DNA of 64,000 bases. Source: an uncultured Acidimicrobiia bacterium (GTDB lineage: Bacteria; Actinomycetota; Acidimicrobiia; Spongiisociales; UBA5794). Each line of letters opens with the position of its first letter. Position 1 is the first letter of the stretch. Shown in pieces: positions 48,133-57,998 of this stretch. The position numbers and the translations under genes were made by a program. The stretch is from NCBI GenBank assembly GCA_963823505.1, contig CAWGLY010000005.1:1218370-1282369 (forward strand), given 5' to 3'. Below the pieces are notes generated by a model that was given only the letters and a program-made list of their open reading frames with translations, had not been told where the DNA came from and searched no databases.

Positions 48133-49044
48133 TCACGCCACGACGCCGGCCGCAGATCGACCCTCGGCGCACCCGTCGAGCAGCGGGCAGTAGCGACACC
48201 ACGGGCCGCCTCGTCGCTCCAACTCCCCTGCGCCTGCAAGACCGCTGCGCAGCTCGGCAGCGGCCGCGGCGACCTCCGCTGCGGTAGTGGTCAGCCGATC
48301 CTTGGTCGGGACGGCTTCGTAGCGTTCCCCCGTTGCCACGGACGCGGCTTCGACATGGTTGGGCGGTTCGCCGCGGGCAAGCACCCACAGCAGGGCGTAG
48401 AAATCGAGCTGTCGTTCCGCTGTCCCCAGCCGGCCCGTCTTCCAATCCACGATCCGCACGCCGCCACCGTCGTCGAACACCGCGTCGACAACGCCCTTCA
48501 GGATGACCCCGGGCTGCGGCTCGACTTCGATCTGGATCTCTGCACCCTGGAAACCTTCGGTGGGGAACCTCTTGAAGCGTTCATAGAGATCGCCGACTTC
48601 GGCAACGACGTTCTCCAGGCGGCTCGGCTTGAGACCGAGCGACACCAGCTTCGGGTTCAACGACTTGCCGATCTCCTCACGGCATGACTGGGTGAACTGT
48701 TCTCGAGTGATCGGTCCCGTGGTCAGGTGCCTGGCGAAGACTCTGTGGGCGAGCAGACCGCGAAACGATTCGGGTGTCTCTCGGGGGTACTCACCTGCGA
48801 GGCGACCCCGGGCTTGATCGGGGCATTTGAGAAAAGTCGTGAACAACGTCGCCGACACGACGACGTCCGCGCCGGCGGGCACGTTGGGGAAGGTGATCAC
48901 TGGGCCGATGGTATCTGCCCGGTACGACAGGAATGCCCAAAGGCCGGCGCCATGGCAGGTAATTGGCCACAAACCGCAACCGGCTACACTCCTTTCGGGC
49001 CAGACCTCTTCCTCTATCCGTCCCCAATCCCTATGAACCGTCAC
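48133..49044 (-). CDS. PD-(D/E)XK nuclease with Cas4/AddB-type 4-Cys Fe-S motif
   Basis: GVVDAVFDD...IVDWKTG (D...D-x-K). N-terminal C (FLKCPD) and C-terminal CRYCPLLDGC (C-x2-C-x5-C). Start uncertain: the 49044 start overlaps the divergent VanW-like gene by 12 bp. Confidence 0.6.
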   Translation of the reverse strand: MTVHRDWGRIEEEVWPERSVAGCGLWPITCHGAGLWAFLSYRADTIGPVITFPNVPAGADVVVSATLFTTFLKCPDQARGRLAGEYPRETPESFRGLLAHRVFARHLTTGPITREQFTQSCREEIGKSLNPKLVSLGLKPSRLENVVAEVGDLYERFKRFPTEGFQGAEIQIEVEPQPGVILKGVVDAVFDDGGGVRIVDWKTGRLGTAERQLDFYALLWVLARGEPPNHVEAASVATGERYEAVPTKDRLTTTAAEVAAAAAELRSGLAGAGELERRGGPWCRYCPLLDGCAEGRSAAGVVA

Positions 49045-51078
49045 CTCAACCTTGCGGTTTCGGGCGCGGTCATCGCCGTAGTGCTCGTGTTGCCGTTGCT
49101 CCTGTTTGCGGTGGCCCGCGCCCTCAACAGCGGCGAGATTGCGCCCAACGTCAATGCGGGGGGTGTCGAGCTCGGCGGGTTGAGCCCCGAGGACGCCACC
49201 GCCCGCCTCGTCGAGTACGAGACCATCCTCATGGAGGCCCCGGCACCCTTCCGGGTCAACGGGCGGGCCTTCGACCTGGACGAGAGCAGGGTGGACTTCG
49301 ACGTGGATGAGCAGTCCGCACTCGCCGCGGCGCTCGTTGCCCGCACCGAGGGCGGCTTTCTCGATCAGTTCTCGGCGTGGGTGCAGTCATTCAGCACGCC
49401 CATCAGCGTCGACCTGCCTACGTCCTTCGACGAGGCGTCTCTCGACGGGGTGTTCGAAGAGTGGGAGACCACGGCGATCGGTCGCCCCCCCAGCGAGGGT
49501 GGCGTCGAGGTCCTCGAGGGTGAAGTGGTTCCCAGCTATCCGCGACCAGGCGAGGGCATCGATCGGGTCCGGGCCGCCCAGCTCGTTGCCGCCTCCCTGG
49601 ATCAACCAGAGCGAGAATTGGTGACGCTACCCACCACGAGCGTCATCCCGCAGGTGACCGATGCCGATGTGGACGCCGTCGTCGAGGAGGTTTGGCGCAT
49701 GATCGACGGGCCCGTGACGCTCACCGCCATCGACCCTGAGATATCGATCACCATCTCTCCCGAAGAGATCGGCAGGGCGATTCGTACGAGCGTCGAGGGC
49801 TCACCCGCTCGCATCGTCGTGTCGCTCGAGCCCTCGGCCGTTGCGACGGCGCTCGAGCCGCACCGCGGCGCGATCGAGCAGCCGCCGCGGAATGCAGAGT
49901 TCGAGATCCGCAGCGACGAGACCGTGGCGCTGAAACCGTCCCGTCGGGCCACGCTGCTCGATGTCGAGCTCGTCGCAACGGCACTCCTTCAGGCCGCGGC
50001 AGGGCCAGACCTCGGGAACTTCCCGTTCCGGTTCGGAGCAGAGGCGAGTTTCACCACTGAGGAGGCGGAAGCGATGGGTCCGATCACCCGCCAGTCGGCC
50101 TTCACCACGGAGCACCCCGCAGGTCAGCCGCGCGTCACCAACATCCATCTGATCGCCGATGCCGTCGACGGCGCCGTGGTGATGCCCGGCGAGACGTTCT
50201 CGCTCAACGGGTACGTCGGCCCCCGCACCGAGGAGAAGGGTTACGTGCCCGCCCCGATGATCCTGCGCGGCGAAATCGTCGACGACGTGGGTGGCGGGGT
50301 GAGCCAGTTTGCGACGACGTTCTACAACGCGGTCTTCTTCGGTTGTTACGAAGACGTCACCCACCGGCCGCACAGCTACTACTTCTCGCGCTACCCGGAG
50401 GGACGGGAGGCCACCATCTCGTGGCCCGAGCCGGATCTGGCGTTCCGCAACGACTCGGATGCCGTGGTCATCATCGACACCAGCTACTCCGATACCACGA
50501 TCACCGTGAAGTTCTTCGGGAACAACGGCGGTCGGGACTGCGAAAGCGAATCATCTGAGCGCTACGACTTCGTCGACTGGACCACCGAATACCGGGCGGA
50601 CGACACGGGAACCGTGACTCCGGGCCAGCAGGTCAGGGAGCAGTCCGGCGGAGAGGGCTGGACGATCGACATCACGCGGATCATGACCATGCCGGACGGG
50701 TCCGTGACCGAACAGGAGTGGACGCACCGCTACCAGCCGCGGCCGGAGATCATCGTCGTCCATCGTTGCGAGGTCCCGGGAAGCGGCGTGCCATGCCCGT
50801 TGAAGGTGCCGTCGGTGATCGGCCAGACGTTCGCCCAGGCCACGGCAACTCTCGAAGCGGCCGGCTTCACCATCGGCGACGGGGGCACGACCGATGTGGC
50901 AGGCGAAGGACAGAACGGGCTCATCCAGAGCCAGGACCCCGGTGCGGGTCGGTTTGTGGCTGCCGGAACGGCGATACGCGTCGTCGTAGGCGTGTACACG
51001 GCGCCTCCGCCCACCACGGAACCTCCGCCGGACGACGGTGGGACAACAACGACAACGGCGCCGCCGGGCGACGGCTGA
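49033..51078 (+). CDS. VanW-domain protein with N-terminal TM anchor and C-terminal PASTA domain and Pro/Thr tail
   Basis: Start MNRHLNLAVSGAVIAVVLVL. VanW-like core (PGETFSLNGYVGPRTEEKGY...GGGVSQFATTFYNA). PASTA-like VPSVIGQTFAQATATLEAAGFTIGD. Confidence 0.7.
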   Translation: MNRHLNLAVSGAVIAVVLVLPLLLFAVARALNSGEIAPNVNAGGVELGGLSPEDATARLVEYETILMEAPAPFRVNGRAFDLDESRVDFDVDEQSALAAALVARTEGGFLDQFSAWVQSFSTPISVDLPTSFDEASLDGVFEEWETTAIGRPPSEGGVEVLEGEVVPSYPRPGEGIDRVRAAQLVAASLDQPERELVTLPTTSVIPQVTDADVDAVVEEVWRMIDGPVTLTAIDPEISITISPEEIGRAIRTSVEGSPARIVVSLEPSAVATALEPHRGAIEQPPRNAEFEIRSDETVALKPSRRATLLDVELVATALLQAAAGPDLGNFPFRFGAEASFTTEEAEAMGPITRQSAFTTEHPAGQPRVTNIHLIADAVDGAVVMPGETFSLNGYVGPRTEEKGYVPAPMILRGEIVDDVGGGVSQFATTFYNAVFFGCYEDVTHRPHSYYFSRYPEGREATISWPEPDLAFRNDSDAVVIIDTSYSDTTITVKFFGNNGGRDCESESSERYDFVDWTTEYRADDTGTVTPGQQVREQSGGEGWTIDITRIMTMPDGSVTEQEWTHRYQPRPEIIVVHRCEVPGSGVPCPLKVPSVIGQTFAQATATLEAAGFTIGDGGTTDVAGEGQNGLIQSQDPGAGRFVAAGTAIRVVVGVYTAPPPTTEPPPDDGGTTTTTAPPGDG

Positions 51079-51396
51079 TCAGGCGTTGGCGGCGTCGGGG
51101 TAGTACAGGAAGAAGTCTGCGACGACTGCGGCGGCAGCGTCCGTCTGGCTCTGATCCCAGCCACCGGTGCGGCGCACCACCACCTGGTTGGAGGCCACAA
51201 AGACATGGTTCACGCCCGAGTCGGCGCTGAAAATCCGCGCCGCAAGCTGAGCGGGGAACCGATCGGAGTCGAGCGCCTCATCGCGGGAGGCATAGACCAC
51301 ACCATCCTGGCCGGTGATGCTGCGGTCGGTGTCGAAGAGCAGCACGTCGTCGATCTGCGTCACTTCAACCTGGATCGGCTGGCCCATGGTCGGCAC
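51079..51396 (-). CDS. Small hypothetical protein (possible Nfu/NifU N-terminal-like fold)
   Basis: 105 aa. Pattern MPTMGQPIQVEVT...VLLFD...ALDSDRFPAQLAARIFSADSGVNHVFVASNQVVVRR is loosely Nfu_N-like. Weak. Confidence 0.3.
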   Translation of the reverse strand: MPTMGQPIQVEVTQIDDVLLFDTDRSITGQDGVVYASRDEALDSDRFPAQLAARIFSADSGVNHVFVASNQVVVRRTGGWDQSQTDAAAAVVADFFLYYPDAANA

Positions 51397-51444
51397 GTCC
51401 TCCTCGGGAACCGGACGCCCGCAATAGTAGGCGGAAGCAAACGG

Positions 51445-52878
51445 TCAGTCGCCCCCGGGCACGCCGATCGTGGTGGAGCCGATCGAGTGCAGCTTCATGA
51501 GGTTCGTCGAGGCGCTCTGGTTCGGGGGGATGCCGGCCGCCATCACCACACCGTCGCCGGGCTTGACGATGCCGGCCGCCAAGAGGTTCTGCTCGGCGTA
51601 CTCGATCATGAGATCTGTGGAGTCCACCGGGTGGAACGGCAGCGGCGTCACCCCTGCGTAGAGCGCCATCCGGCGGTAGGTGCGCTCATGCGGGGTATAC
51701 GCAAAGATGTCGGCCCGCGGCCGGTACTTGGAGATCAGCCGGGCCGTCGACCCGCTCTCGGTGAACGCGACGATCGCCCCCATCCCCAGGTTTGCGGCAG
51801 CGTCGACACAGGCTTGGGCGGTTGCGGAAGCAAATCGCGCCCGATCCTCGAAGAAGGTCACTTCCATCCCGCGCCCGTAGTCGGGGCTCAACTCGGCTTC
51901 CCTGCAGATGCGGTCCATCATCTTCACCGCAAGGATGGGGTATTCGCCGATTGCCGTTTCGGCCGAGAGCATCACGGCGTCGCTGCCGTCGAGCACCGCG
52001 CTGGAGACGTCCGTGACCTCCGCACGCGTAGGTCGGGGGGAATGGGTCATCGACTCGAGCATCTCGGTTGCCGTGATGGACACCCGGGCCTTGGCGTTGG
52101 TCCGTGACAGGATGTCTTTCTGGGCCCTCGGCACGCTCTCCATCGAGAGCTCGACCCCTAGGTCACCGCGAGCGACCATGGTGCCGTGCGCTTCCTCGAT
52201 GATGTCGTCGAGATTCCCGTAGCCCACCGCACTCTCGACCTTCGCAATCACGGGAGTGCCCGGTGCAAGCTGCCGGATGCGGCGGATATCGGCGCCGGAC
52301 GACACGAACGACGCCGCAACCAGATCGACTCCCACCGACGTCCCAAACAGCAGATCTTCCTCGTCCTTCTTGGTCACCGCGGGTATGCGGAGCAGCGTGC
52401 CAGGGAACGCAACCCCCTTGTTGTTCCGCAACACGCCACCGTGGATCACGCGCGCCACGACGTCTGACCCCCGATGCGTCACCACCTCGAGAGCGACCAG
52501 CCCGTCGGACATCAACACGGGCGCGCCCGCTGCCAGATCCGCATCGTCGAGGTGGGCGATCGAGATCCGGCTCGCGCTACCTTCGCCCTCACCCGGGACC
52601 AGCACCACATCCTCGCCAGGAATGAGCTCGACCTGGCCACCGGGAAACGTGCCAACGCGAATCCGGGGGCCCTGGATGTCCTGGAGGACGGCGACGGGCT
52701 CCTCGAGTTCCTCGGCCGCCCTGCGCACCCAGCCGAGGAACTCCTCGTGGGTGGCGTGGTCGCCGTGGGAGAAGTTGAGGCGGGCCACGTTCATGCCGGC
52801 CGCAACCAGCTCACGGATCGCCTCGTACGACGCCACCGCAGGGCCGAGCGTCGCGATGATCTTGGTTTTGCGCTTCAC
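51445..52878 (-). CDS. pyk: Pyruvate kinase
   Basis: 477 aa. MKRKTKIIATLGPA start and the MVARGDLGVE signature. Confidence 0.9.
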   Translation of the reverse strand: MKRKTKIIATLGPAVASYEAIRELVAAGMNVARLNFSHGDHATHEEFLGWVRRAAEELEEPVAVLQDIQGPRIRVGTFPGGQVELIPGEDVVLVPGEGEGSASRISIAHLDDADLAAGAPVLMSDGLVALEVVTHRGSDVVARVIHGGVLRNNKGVAFPGTLLRIPAVTKKDEEDLLFGTSVGVDLVAASFVSSGADIRRIRQLAPGTPVIAKVESAVGYGNLDDIIEEAHGTMVARGDLGVELSMESVPRAQKDILSRTNAKARVSITATEMLESMTHSPRPTRAEVTDVSSAVLDGSDAVMLSAETAIGEYPILAVKMMDRICREAELSPDYGRGMEVTFFEDRARFASATAQACVDAAANLGMGAIVAFTESGSTARLISKYRPRADIFAYTPHERTYRRMALYAGVTPLPFHPVDSTDLMIEYAEQNLLAAGIVKPGDGVVMAAGIPPNQSASTNLMKLHSIGSTTIGVPGGD

Positions 52879-52921
52879 CCCGCGAGCTTACCGGTGCGGC
52901 ACCCCGCTCCCATGCGGACCG

Positions 52922-53878
52922 TCACCGGAATGAGGGTGCGACCTGCTCGGCGAACCGTCGCATGGAATCGCCCCAGGTGGCATCGGGGAAATACACGATG
53001 AGGTATTCGACACCCTGCTGCCGAATCGCGGCAACCTTCTCGGCCACCTGCTCGGCGGTGCCGAAGAGAGCGCGCTCGGACCACGCCTCCTTCGTCTCCG
53101 ACCCCGGTTTGTCCCAACCCTCGAGCTTCTCGGCGGCCTCGGCCCCGGTCTCTCCGATCAGGCAGTCGGCGTTGGCGGTCAGCGTGATCTCGTCGAAGTC
53201 GCGCCCCACGTCGGTACAATGACCCCGGAGCGCTGCCTTCTTCCTCGCAAACACCTCCGCGTCCCCGAAGAAGTTTGCATACGCGGCGTGCTCGGCCACG
53301 ATCCGCAGCGTGAGCTTCTCGCCGCCACCGGCGATCCACAGCGGGGGGTGCGGGTCCTGGAGCGGCTTGGGCCGGCAGATGGCACCGTCGAGCTGATAGT
53401 GCTTCCCTGCAAACTCCGTGACGTCCTCCGTCCACATCGAGCGCATGATCCGCACTGCTTCGTCCAGCATCCCGATGCGAACCGACGCCTTGGGGAACGG
53501 GTACCCGTAGCCCCGGTACTCGTGCTCGTACCAGCCGGCGCCGATGCCGACTTCGAGCCGCCCGCCCGACATCACATCGATACACGCCGTCACCTTCGCA
53601 AGGTACGAAGGGGGACGGTAGGAGTTGCAGGTGCACATCTGCCCGAGACGAACCCGCTCCGTCGCCTCGGCGAGGCCCGCCATGAGGGTCCATGCCTCCC
53701 AGGTCGATTGTTGGCTGACGTCGGGAAAGGTGTGCAAATGGTCGTAGACCCATATCGAGTCATACCCGACTTCCTCTGCGACTCGAGCGACGGCAACCAT
53801 GGTGTCCCATTGCCGGGCGACGGGGATGGGGCCGAGGTCGAGCCGCCAGCCTTGGGGTATGAAGGCACCGAACTGCAC
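52922..53878 (-). CDS. LLM-class F420-dependent oxidoreductase (luciferase-like monooxygenase family)
   Basis: MQFGAFIPQGW...GYDSIWVYDHL; TIM-barrel LLM pattern; 318 aa. Confidence 0.75.
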   Translation of the reverse strand: MQFGAFIPQGWRLDLGPIPVARQWDTMVAVARVAEEVGYDSIWVYDHLHTFPDVSQQSTWEAWTLMAGLAEATERVRLGQMCTCNSYRPPSYLAKVTACIDVMSGGRLEVGIGAGWYEHEYRGYGYPFPKASVRIGMLDEAVRIMRSMWTEDVTEFAGKHYQLDGAICRPKPLQDPHPPLWIAGGGEKLTLRIVAEHAAYANFFGDAEVFARKKAALRGHCTDVGRDFDEITLTANADCLIGETGAEAAEKLEGWDKPGSETKEAWSERALFGTAEQVAEKVAAIRQQGVEYLIVYFPDATWGDSMRRFAEQVAPSFR

Positions 53879-53926
53879 GGGGCGCTACTCCTTGTTCGCG
53901 TGTCCCGCACGGTAGGCTCGCCGCCG

Positions 53927-54436
53927 ATGTCCTCGCAGCACCACACCCCCGAATCGCATGTGCCGGCAGAACTCGCCCACTCCGTCGAGCGTTTTGACCA
54001 TCTTGCGCTCGCCGTGCGCGACATCTCGGCGGCGCTGCCGATGGTGACGGCGCTCGGCGGCGCGTATCGCAACGGCGGGCACCATCCCACCGCGGGCTTT
54101 CGGTGGGTGCAGTTCGTCGTTGCCGGCGGGATGAAGCTGGAGCTGCTGTCGCCGCTCGAAACGACGGATGAAGACCACTTCTTGGTGCGATTTCTGGCAG
54201 ACCGGGGCGAGGGGCCTCACCACGTCACCTTCAAGGTCGCCGACATCGGGTCGGCAGTATCGGCATGGAGAGCTGCGGGCTTCGAGGTGGTCGGCGTCAA
54301 CCGCTCAGATGCCGCGTGGCAGGAGGCATTTGTACACCCCAAGACCGCCAATGGCCTGCTGATTCAGCTCGCCCAATGGGACGACAGCGCGCAGATCGAC
54401 CTGCAGCCCCTCGAGTGGGTGCTCGCCGCTCCGTGA
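53927..54436 (+). CDS. VOC-family (glyoxalase/bleomycin-resistance fold) protein
   Basis: FDHLALAVRDISAALPMV...GPHHVTFKVADI pattern. ATG at 53927 inside the longer caller ORF 53219..54436. Confidence 0.6.
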   Translation: MSSQHHTPESHVPAELAHSVERFDHLALAVRDISAALPMVTALGGAYRNGGHHPTAGFRWVQFVVAGGMKLELLSPLETTDEDHFLVRFLADRGEGPHHVTFKVADIGSAVSAWRAAGFEVVGVNRSDAAWQEAFVHPKTANGLLIQLAQWDDSAQIDLQPLEWVLAAP

Positions 54437-55041
54437 GTGCACCCGCCGTGGTGGGTATTCCCATCAAACCGTTCAGCATCGCCAAGGCGCGCCTGGCGAC
54501 GATCCTGAGCGCCCGGCAGCGGGCAGTGCTGGGGATGGCCATCGCCGCCCACACCGCACGAGCCGTTGCCGCCAGCGGGGCAACGCCGGCGATCGCAACC
54601 GGCAGCGACGACGTGCGCACCTGGGCCGGTAGGCACGGCTGGCGAGTCATCGACGAGATCCCCGGCAGAGGCCTCGATGGCGCCGCTGCGGCAACGGTCG
54701 CCGCTGCGGGAGGTAGGTCCTGGGCCGTCGTGCACGCCGACCTGCCGGTCGTCGTGCCCGAGGACTTCGCCGCAGCCTGGGACCGATTCACGGGTGACGG
54801 CGTCATCGCCCCGTCTCACGACGGCGGCACGGCGCTCCTGGCCGGCACCGGCCCCTTCCGGTTCGCCTACGGGCCCGCCAGCTTCCACCGGCATCTCAGG
54901 GAGATGCCCGCCGCGGCCGTGGTCGCAACGCCGGGTCTGGCACTCGACCTCGACACGGCGCAGGATCTTCTGCTGGCAACGCAGCTCCCTGCGGGCGAGT
55001 GGCTGAGAGGCATCCTCGACCCGGCCGTGAGGCTCGCATGA
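54433..55041 (+). CDS. cofC: 2-phospho-L-lactate guanylyltransferase (F420 biosynthesis, CofC/FbiD)
   Basis: VVGIPIKPFSIAKARL N-terminus characteristic of CofC. GTG start overlaps the upstream stop (GTGA). Confidence 0.7.
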   Translation: MSAPAVVGIPIKPFSIAKARLATILSARQRAVLGMAIAAHTARAVAASGATPAIATGSDDVRTWAGRHGWRVIDEIPGRGLDGAAAATVAAAGGRSWAVVHADLPVVVPEDFAAAWDRFTGDGVIAPSHDGGTALLAGTGPFRFAYGPASFHRHLREMPAAAVVATPGLALDLDTAQDLLLATQLPAGEWLRGILDPAVRLA

Positions 55042-55066
55042 CGCCGCGGCTTCTATCCTCACGTCG

Positions 55067-55816
55067 ATGACCGGCGACTTGTACGGCGACCTCCGAGACC
55101 GTCCCCAACCTCTGCCCATACCAGAGCGCGCCCTGGCCATCGGAGCCCACCCAGATGACATCGAGTTTGGGGCCGGAGGCACCCTGGCCGGCTGGGCGCA
55201 GGAGGGGTGCAAGGTCACGATCCTGGTCGTCACCGACGGTTCCAAAGGCTCGTGGGATCCCGACGCAGATCCCACAGAACTCGCTGCGCTGCGGCGGCAA
55301 GAGCAACACGCCGCGGCCGCTGCTCTTGGGGCGCAATCCGTTGTCCACCTGGACCACGTCGACGGCGAGCTGGAGTATTCGATGGCGCTGCGGGCAGAGC
55401 TTTGCCGCCACATCCGCCTGGCTCGCCCAGACGTCCTCCTCAGCCACGACCCGTGGCAGCGCTATCAGCTCCACCCGGACCACCGCGCGACGGGGCTCGG
55501 TGCCATCGACGGCATGGTGGCGGCTCGCGATCCACTCTTCTTCCCCGACCAGGGCCTCGATGCGCACCGCCCGGCAGCGATGTTGTTGTGGTCGGCGGAT
55601 GAACCGGACCACGCCGAATCCATCGCGACGACCGTGGAGCAGAAGATTGCCGCCTTGTTGTGTCACTCATCGCAGGGCACGACGACGATGGGGGGAGCCG
55701 AACAGGACGATGAGCGCCGCGATGCCTTCTCCGAGCGCATTCGTCGCTGGGCAACAGAGGCAGGCGCCGCCGTGGGTCTCCCGGCAGCCGAGCGCTTCAA
55801 GCGTCTCACGCCCTGA
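55067..55816 (+). CDS. PIG-L/LmbE-family deacetylase
   Basis: LAIGAHPDDIEFGAGGTLA...VTDGSKG and later HPDH motif. Confidence 0.7.
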   Translation: MTGDLYGDLRDRPQPLPIPERALAIGAHPDDIEFGAGGTLAGWAQEGCKVTILVVTDGSKGSWDPDADPTELAALRRQEQHAAAAALGAQSVVHLDHVDGELEYSMALRAELCRHIRLARPDVLLSHDPWQRYQLHPDHRATGLGAIDGMVAARDPLFFPDQGLDAHRPAAMLLWSADEPDHAESIATTVEQKIAALLCHSSQGTTTMGGAEQDDERRDAFSERIRRWATEAGAAVGLPAAERFKRLTP

Positions 55817-55890
55817 CAGGCGCGATAACCCGCTGTCGCCGGACACTGTGGCCGTAATGGCAACGCCACGGCAATGGCTAACGTGGCCCG

Positions 55891-56601
55891 ATGCACTCCG
55901 AAAGCGTCGCCGTTGTCACCGGGGGAACAGGCGCCCTCGGGCGGGCTCTCGTCCCTGTGCTGGTCCGCCGCAATTTCCGACTGGCGGTGACCTACCTGAT
56001 CCCCGGCGAAGCCCAAGATCTCGAGGAGCTGGTCGACTTCGATGAGGACCGTGCGCTGCTGCGCCGAGTGGATTGCACGGATCCCGAAGCAGTGAACCGG
56101 CTGATGAAGGAGACCGCGGCGACCTTCGGCCACATCAACGTCGTGTGCTCCCTCGTTGGCGGTTGGGCAGGAGGGCGGGACGTGAGCGAAACCGACGACG
56201 TCCGCTTCGACCGGATGCTCGACATCAACCTACGGTCCGCGTTCTACACGCTCAGGGCCGCGATCCCCCACTTGCTCGAAGCCGATTGGGGCCGGCTGAT
56301 TGCGGTGGGCAGCAGGGCCGTCCACGACTCGCCTTCCGGACAGGCGGCGTTCAACATCGCCAAGGCCGGCGTGGTTGCCCTCGTCAAGACCCTCGGCAAC
56401 GAGCTGGACGGCACCAACGTGACCGCCAACGCCATCCTCCCCTCGGTGATCGACACGGAAGACACCAGAGCTGCACTCCCCTACGCCGACTACGTGCGAT
56501 GGCCCAAGCCGGCGGAGATCGCCTCGGTGCTGGACTTCCTGGCGAGCCCCGCTGCGGCCGTCATCAACGGCGCCGCCATCCCCGTGTACGGGCAAACATG
56601 A
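55891..56601 (+). CDS. SDR-family oxidoreductase
   Basis: VTGGTGALG; catalytic N...S...NIAKAG (YxxxK variant region); 236 aa. Confidence 0.8.
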   Translation: MHSESVAVVTGGTGALGRALVPVLVRRNFRLAVTYLIPGEAQDLEELVDFDEDRALLRRVDCTDPEAVNRLMKETAATFGHINVVCSLVGGWAGGRDVSETDDVRFDRMLDINLRSAFYTLRAAIPHLLEADWGRLIAVGSRAVHDSPSGQAAFNIAKAGVVALVKTLGNELDGTNVTANAILPSVIDTEDTRAALPYADYVRWPKPAEIASVLDFLASPAAAVINGAAIPVYGQT

Positions 56602-56638
56602 GCACATCACGGACTCCGTTTCAGCACGGCGACTCGCT

Positions 56639-57499
56639 GTGAGCGACAGCGAGGGCCTCAGCTCCGAGGAGATGATCCGGCGAGCGCGAGAAGCTTTCAC
56701 TCGCCCGAGCACGGATCCCTCCTACGACGAGGACAAAGAGCGCTCGTCATCCCCGTCAGGCGACATGATCGCGGCGAGGATCCGACCAGGATCCGCCCCG
56801 GCTCCGGCCCGCGAGGAGCCGTCGTCGAGAGAGCGCATCGACCGTGCCGGATTGCCCGACGTCCCGATCCCCGAGATCCCACGGCCGAAGAAAGTGCAAC
56901 AGCCGGTTCCGCCGAGACCTGCGGTGCCCCGATTGAGGCGTCCCACCGTCCCGCAGCCGACCGACCTGATCGCCGATGCAAAGACAACGGCGCAAGACCA
57001 GCTCAAGCGCCGCGGTCGCGGAGCGTTTGGGACTCTGGTCCAGGTCATCATCGCCGGGGTGCTCGCCCTGATCGTCCTGGGCATCTTTGCGGGAGACGAG
57101 GAGGGCAGCGACAATTCGCCCACAGTCTCGGAGGTGCCGGTCACGGACGTCTCTGCCGGCACGTGCTTCAACGACGCCGGCTCGCTCGGCTCCGGCACCG
57201 TGACAGCCGTCGACTGCACAGAGGAGCACCGATTCGAGACCATCGGATCCGTGGTGCTCGCCGCCGGGGAGTACCCGGGAGAACAGGCCGGCGCCGAGGA
57301 GGCGTTCGACATCTGTCTTGGAGCGTTCGAGCAGTATGTGGGGGCGAACTATGCAACGTCGATCTGGTGGCTCGACGCAGCACCTCCTTCTGAAAGTCGC
57401 TGGGACGGTGGCGATCGTGTTGCGCACTGCTACGTCTACCAACTCAGCGGCGAAGAGCCGATCTTCGTGACGGGATCCGCCAAGAGCGATGGTCGCTGA
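56639..57499 (+). CDS. Septum-formation-family membrane protein (paralog 1)
   Basis: Pro-rich N-terminus, one TM (VIIAGVLALIVLGIF), C-terminal domain with conserved Cys pattern (CFND...VDCTEEHRFE...FDICLGAFEQYVG...HCY). Confidence 0.55.
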   Translation: MSDSEGLSSEEMIRRAREAFTRPSTDPSYDEDKERSSSPSGDMIAARIRPGSAPAPAREEPSSRERIDRAGLPDVPIPEIPRPKKVQQPVPPRPAVPRLRRPTVPQPTDLIADAKTTAQDQLKRRGRGAFGTLVQVIIAGVLALIVLGIFAGDEEGSDNSPTVSEVPVTDVSAGTCFNDAGSLGSGTVTAVDCTEEHRFETIGSVVLAAGEYPGEQAGAEEAFDICLGAFEQYVGANYATSIWWLDAAPPSESRWDGGDRVAHCYVYQLSGEEPIFVTGSAKSDGR

Positions 57500-57977
57500 G
57501 GGTGCTGAGCCGGGCGGACATCGCTGGGGTTCGGTCGTGCTCCCACTGTTGGTCATCATCGGATTTGTCGTAGCGGCGATCCTCGTCGCCGCCCTGCTCG
57601 ATGGCTCCCGTTCTGCGGGTTCCCTCGATGCCGGCGAGTGTGTCCTCGCTCCGGAAAGCGATCAGGTGCTCGAAGTCGACACCGTGCCATGCTCTGAGCC
57701 CCACGAGCTCGAGGTCATCGGGGCGGTGACGCTTGACGGCGACACCTATCCCGGCGATCAGGGCGCCTTTCGCCGAGCCCTCGCGGCCTGCGAGCCGGTA
57801 TTCGAGGACTATGTCGGTGAGGATTATGCGGCGTCCGTGTGGGTTCTCAACGTGTTCACGCCCACGGGCGAAGGGTGGGACGACGGGGAGCGCACGGCCA
57901 CCTGCCTGGTGTTTCAGTTCGACGAATCGCTCGACTACGCCTCGGTGACAGAATCGGCCAGGAAGAGCAGGGGGTAG
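57489..57977 (+). CDS. Septum-formation-family membrane protein (paralog 2)
   Basis: TM (VVLPLLVIIGFVVAAILVAALL), then ECVLAPES...VPCSEPHELE...ALAACEPVFEDYVG...TCLV, paralogous to the upstream gene. 11-bp overlap. Confidence 0.55.
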   Translation: MVAEGAEPGGHRWGSVVLPLLVIIGFVVAAILVAALLDGSRSAGSLDAGECVLAPESDQVLEVDTVPCSEPHELEVIGAVTLDGDTYPGDQGAFRRALAACEPVFEDYVGEDYAASVWVLNVFTPTGEGWDDGERTATCLVFQFDESLDYASVTESARKSRG

Positions 57978-57998
57978 CGCCACTGCGGACGCTCCTGA

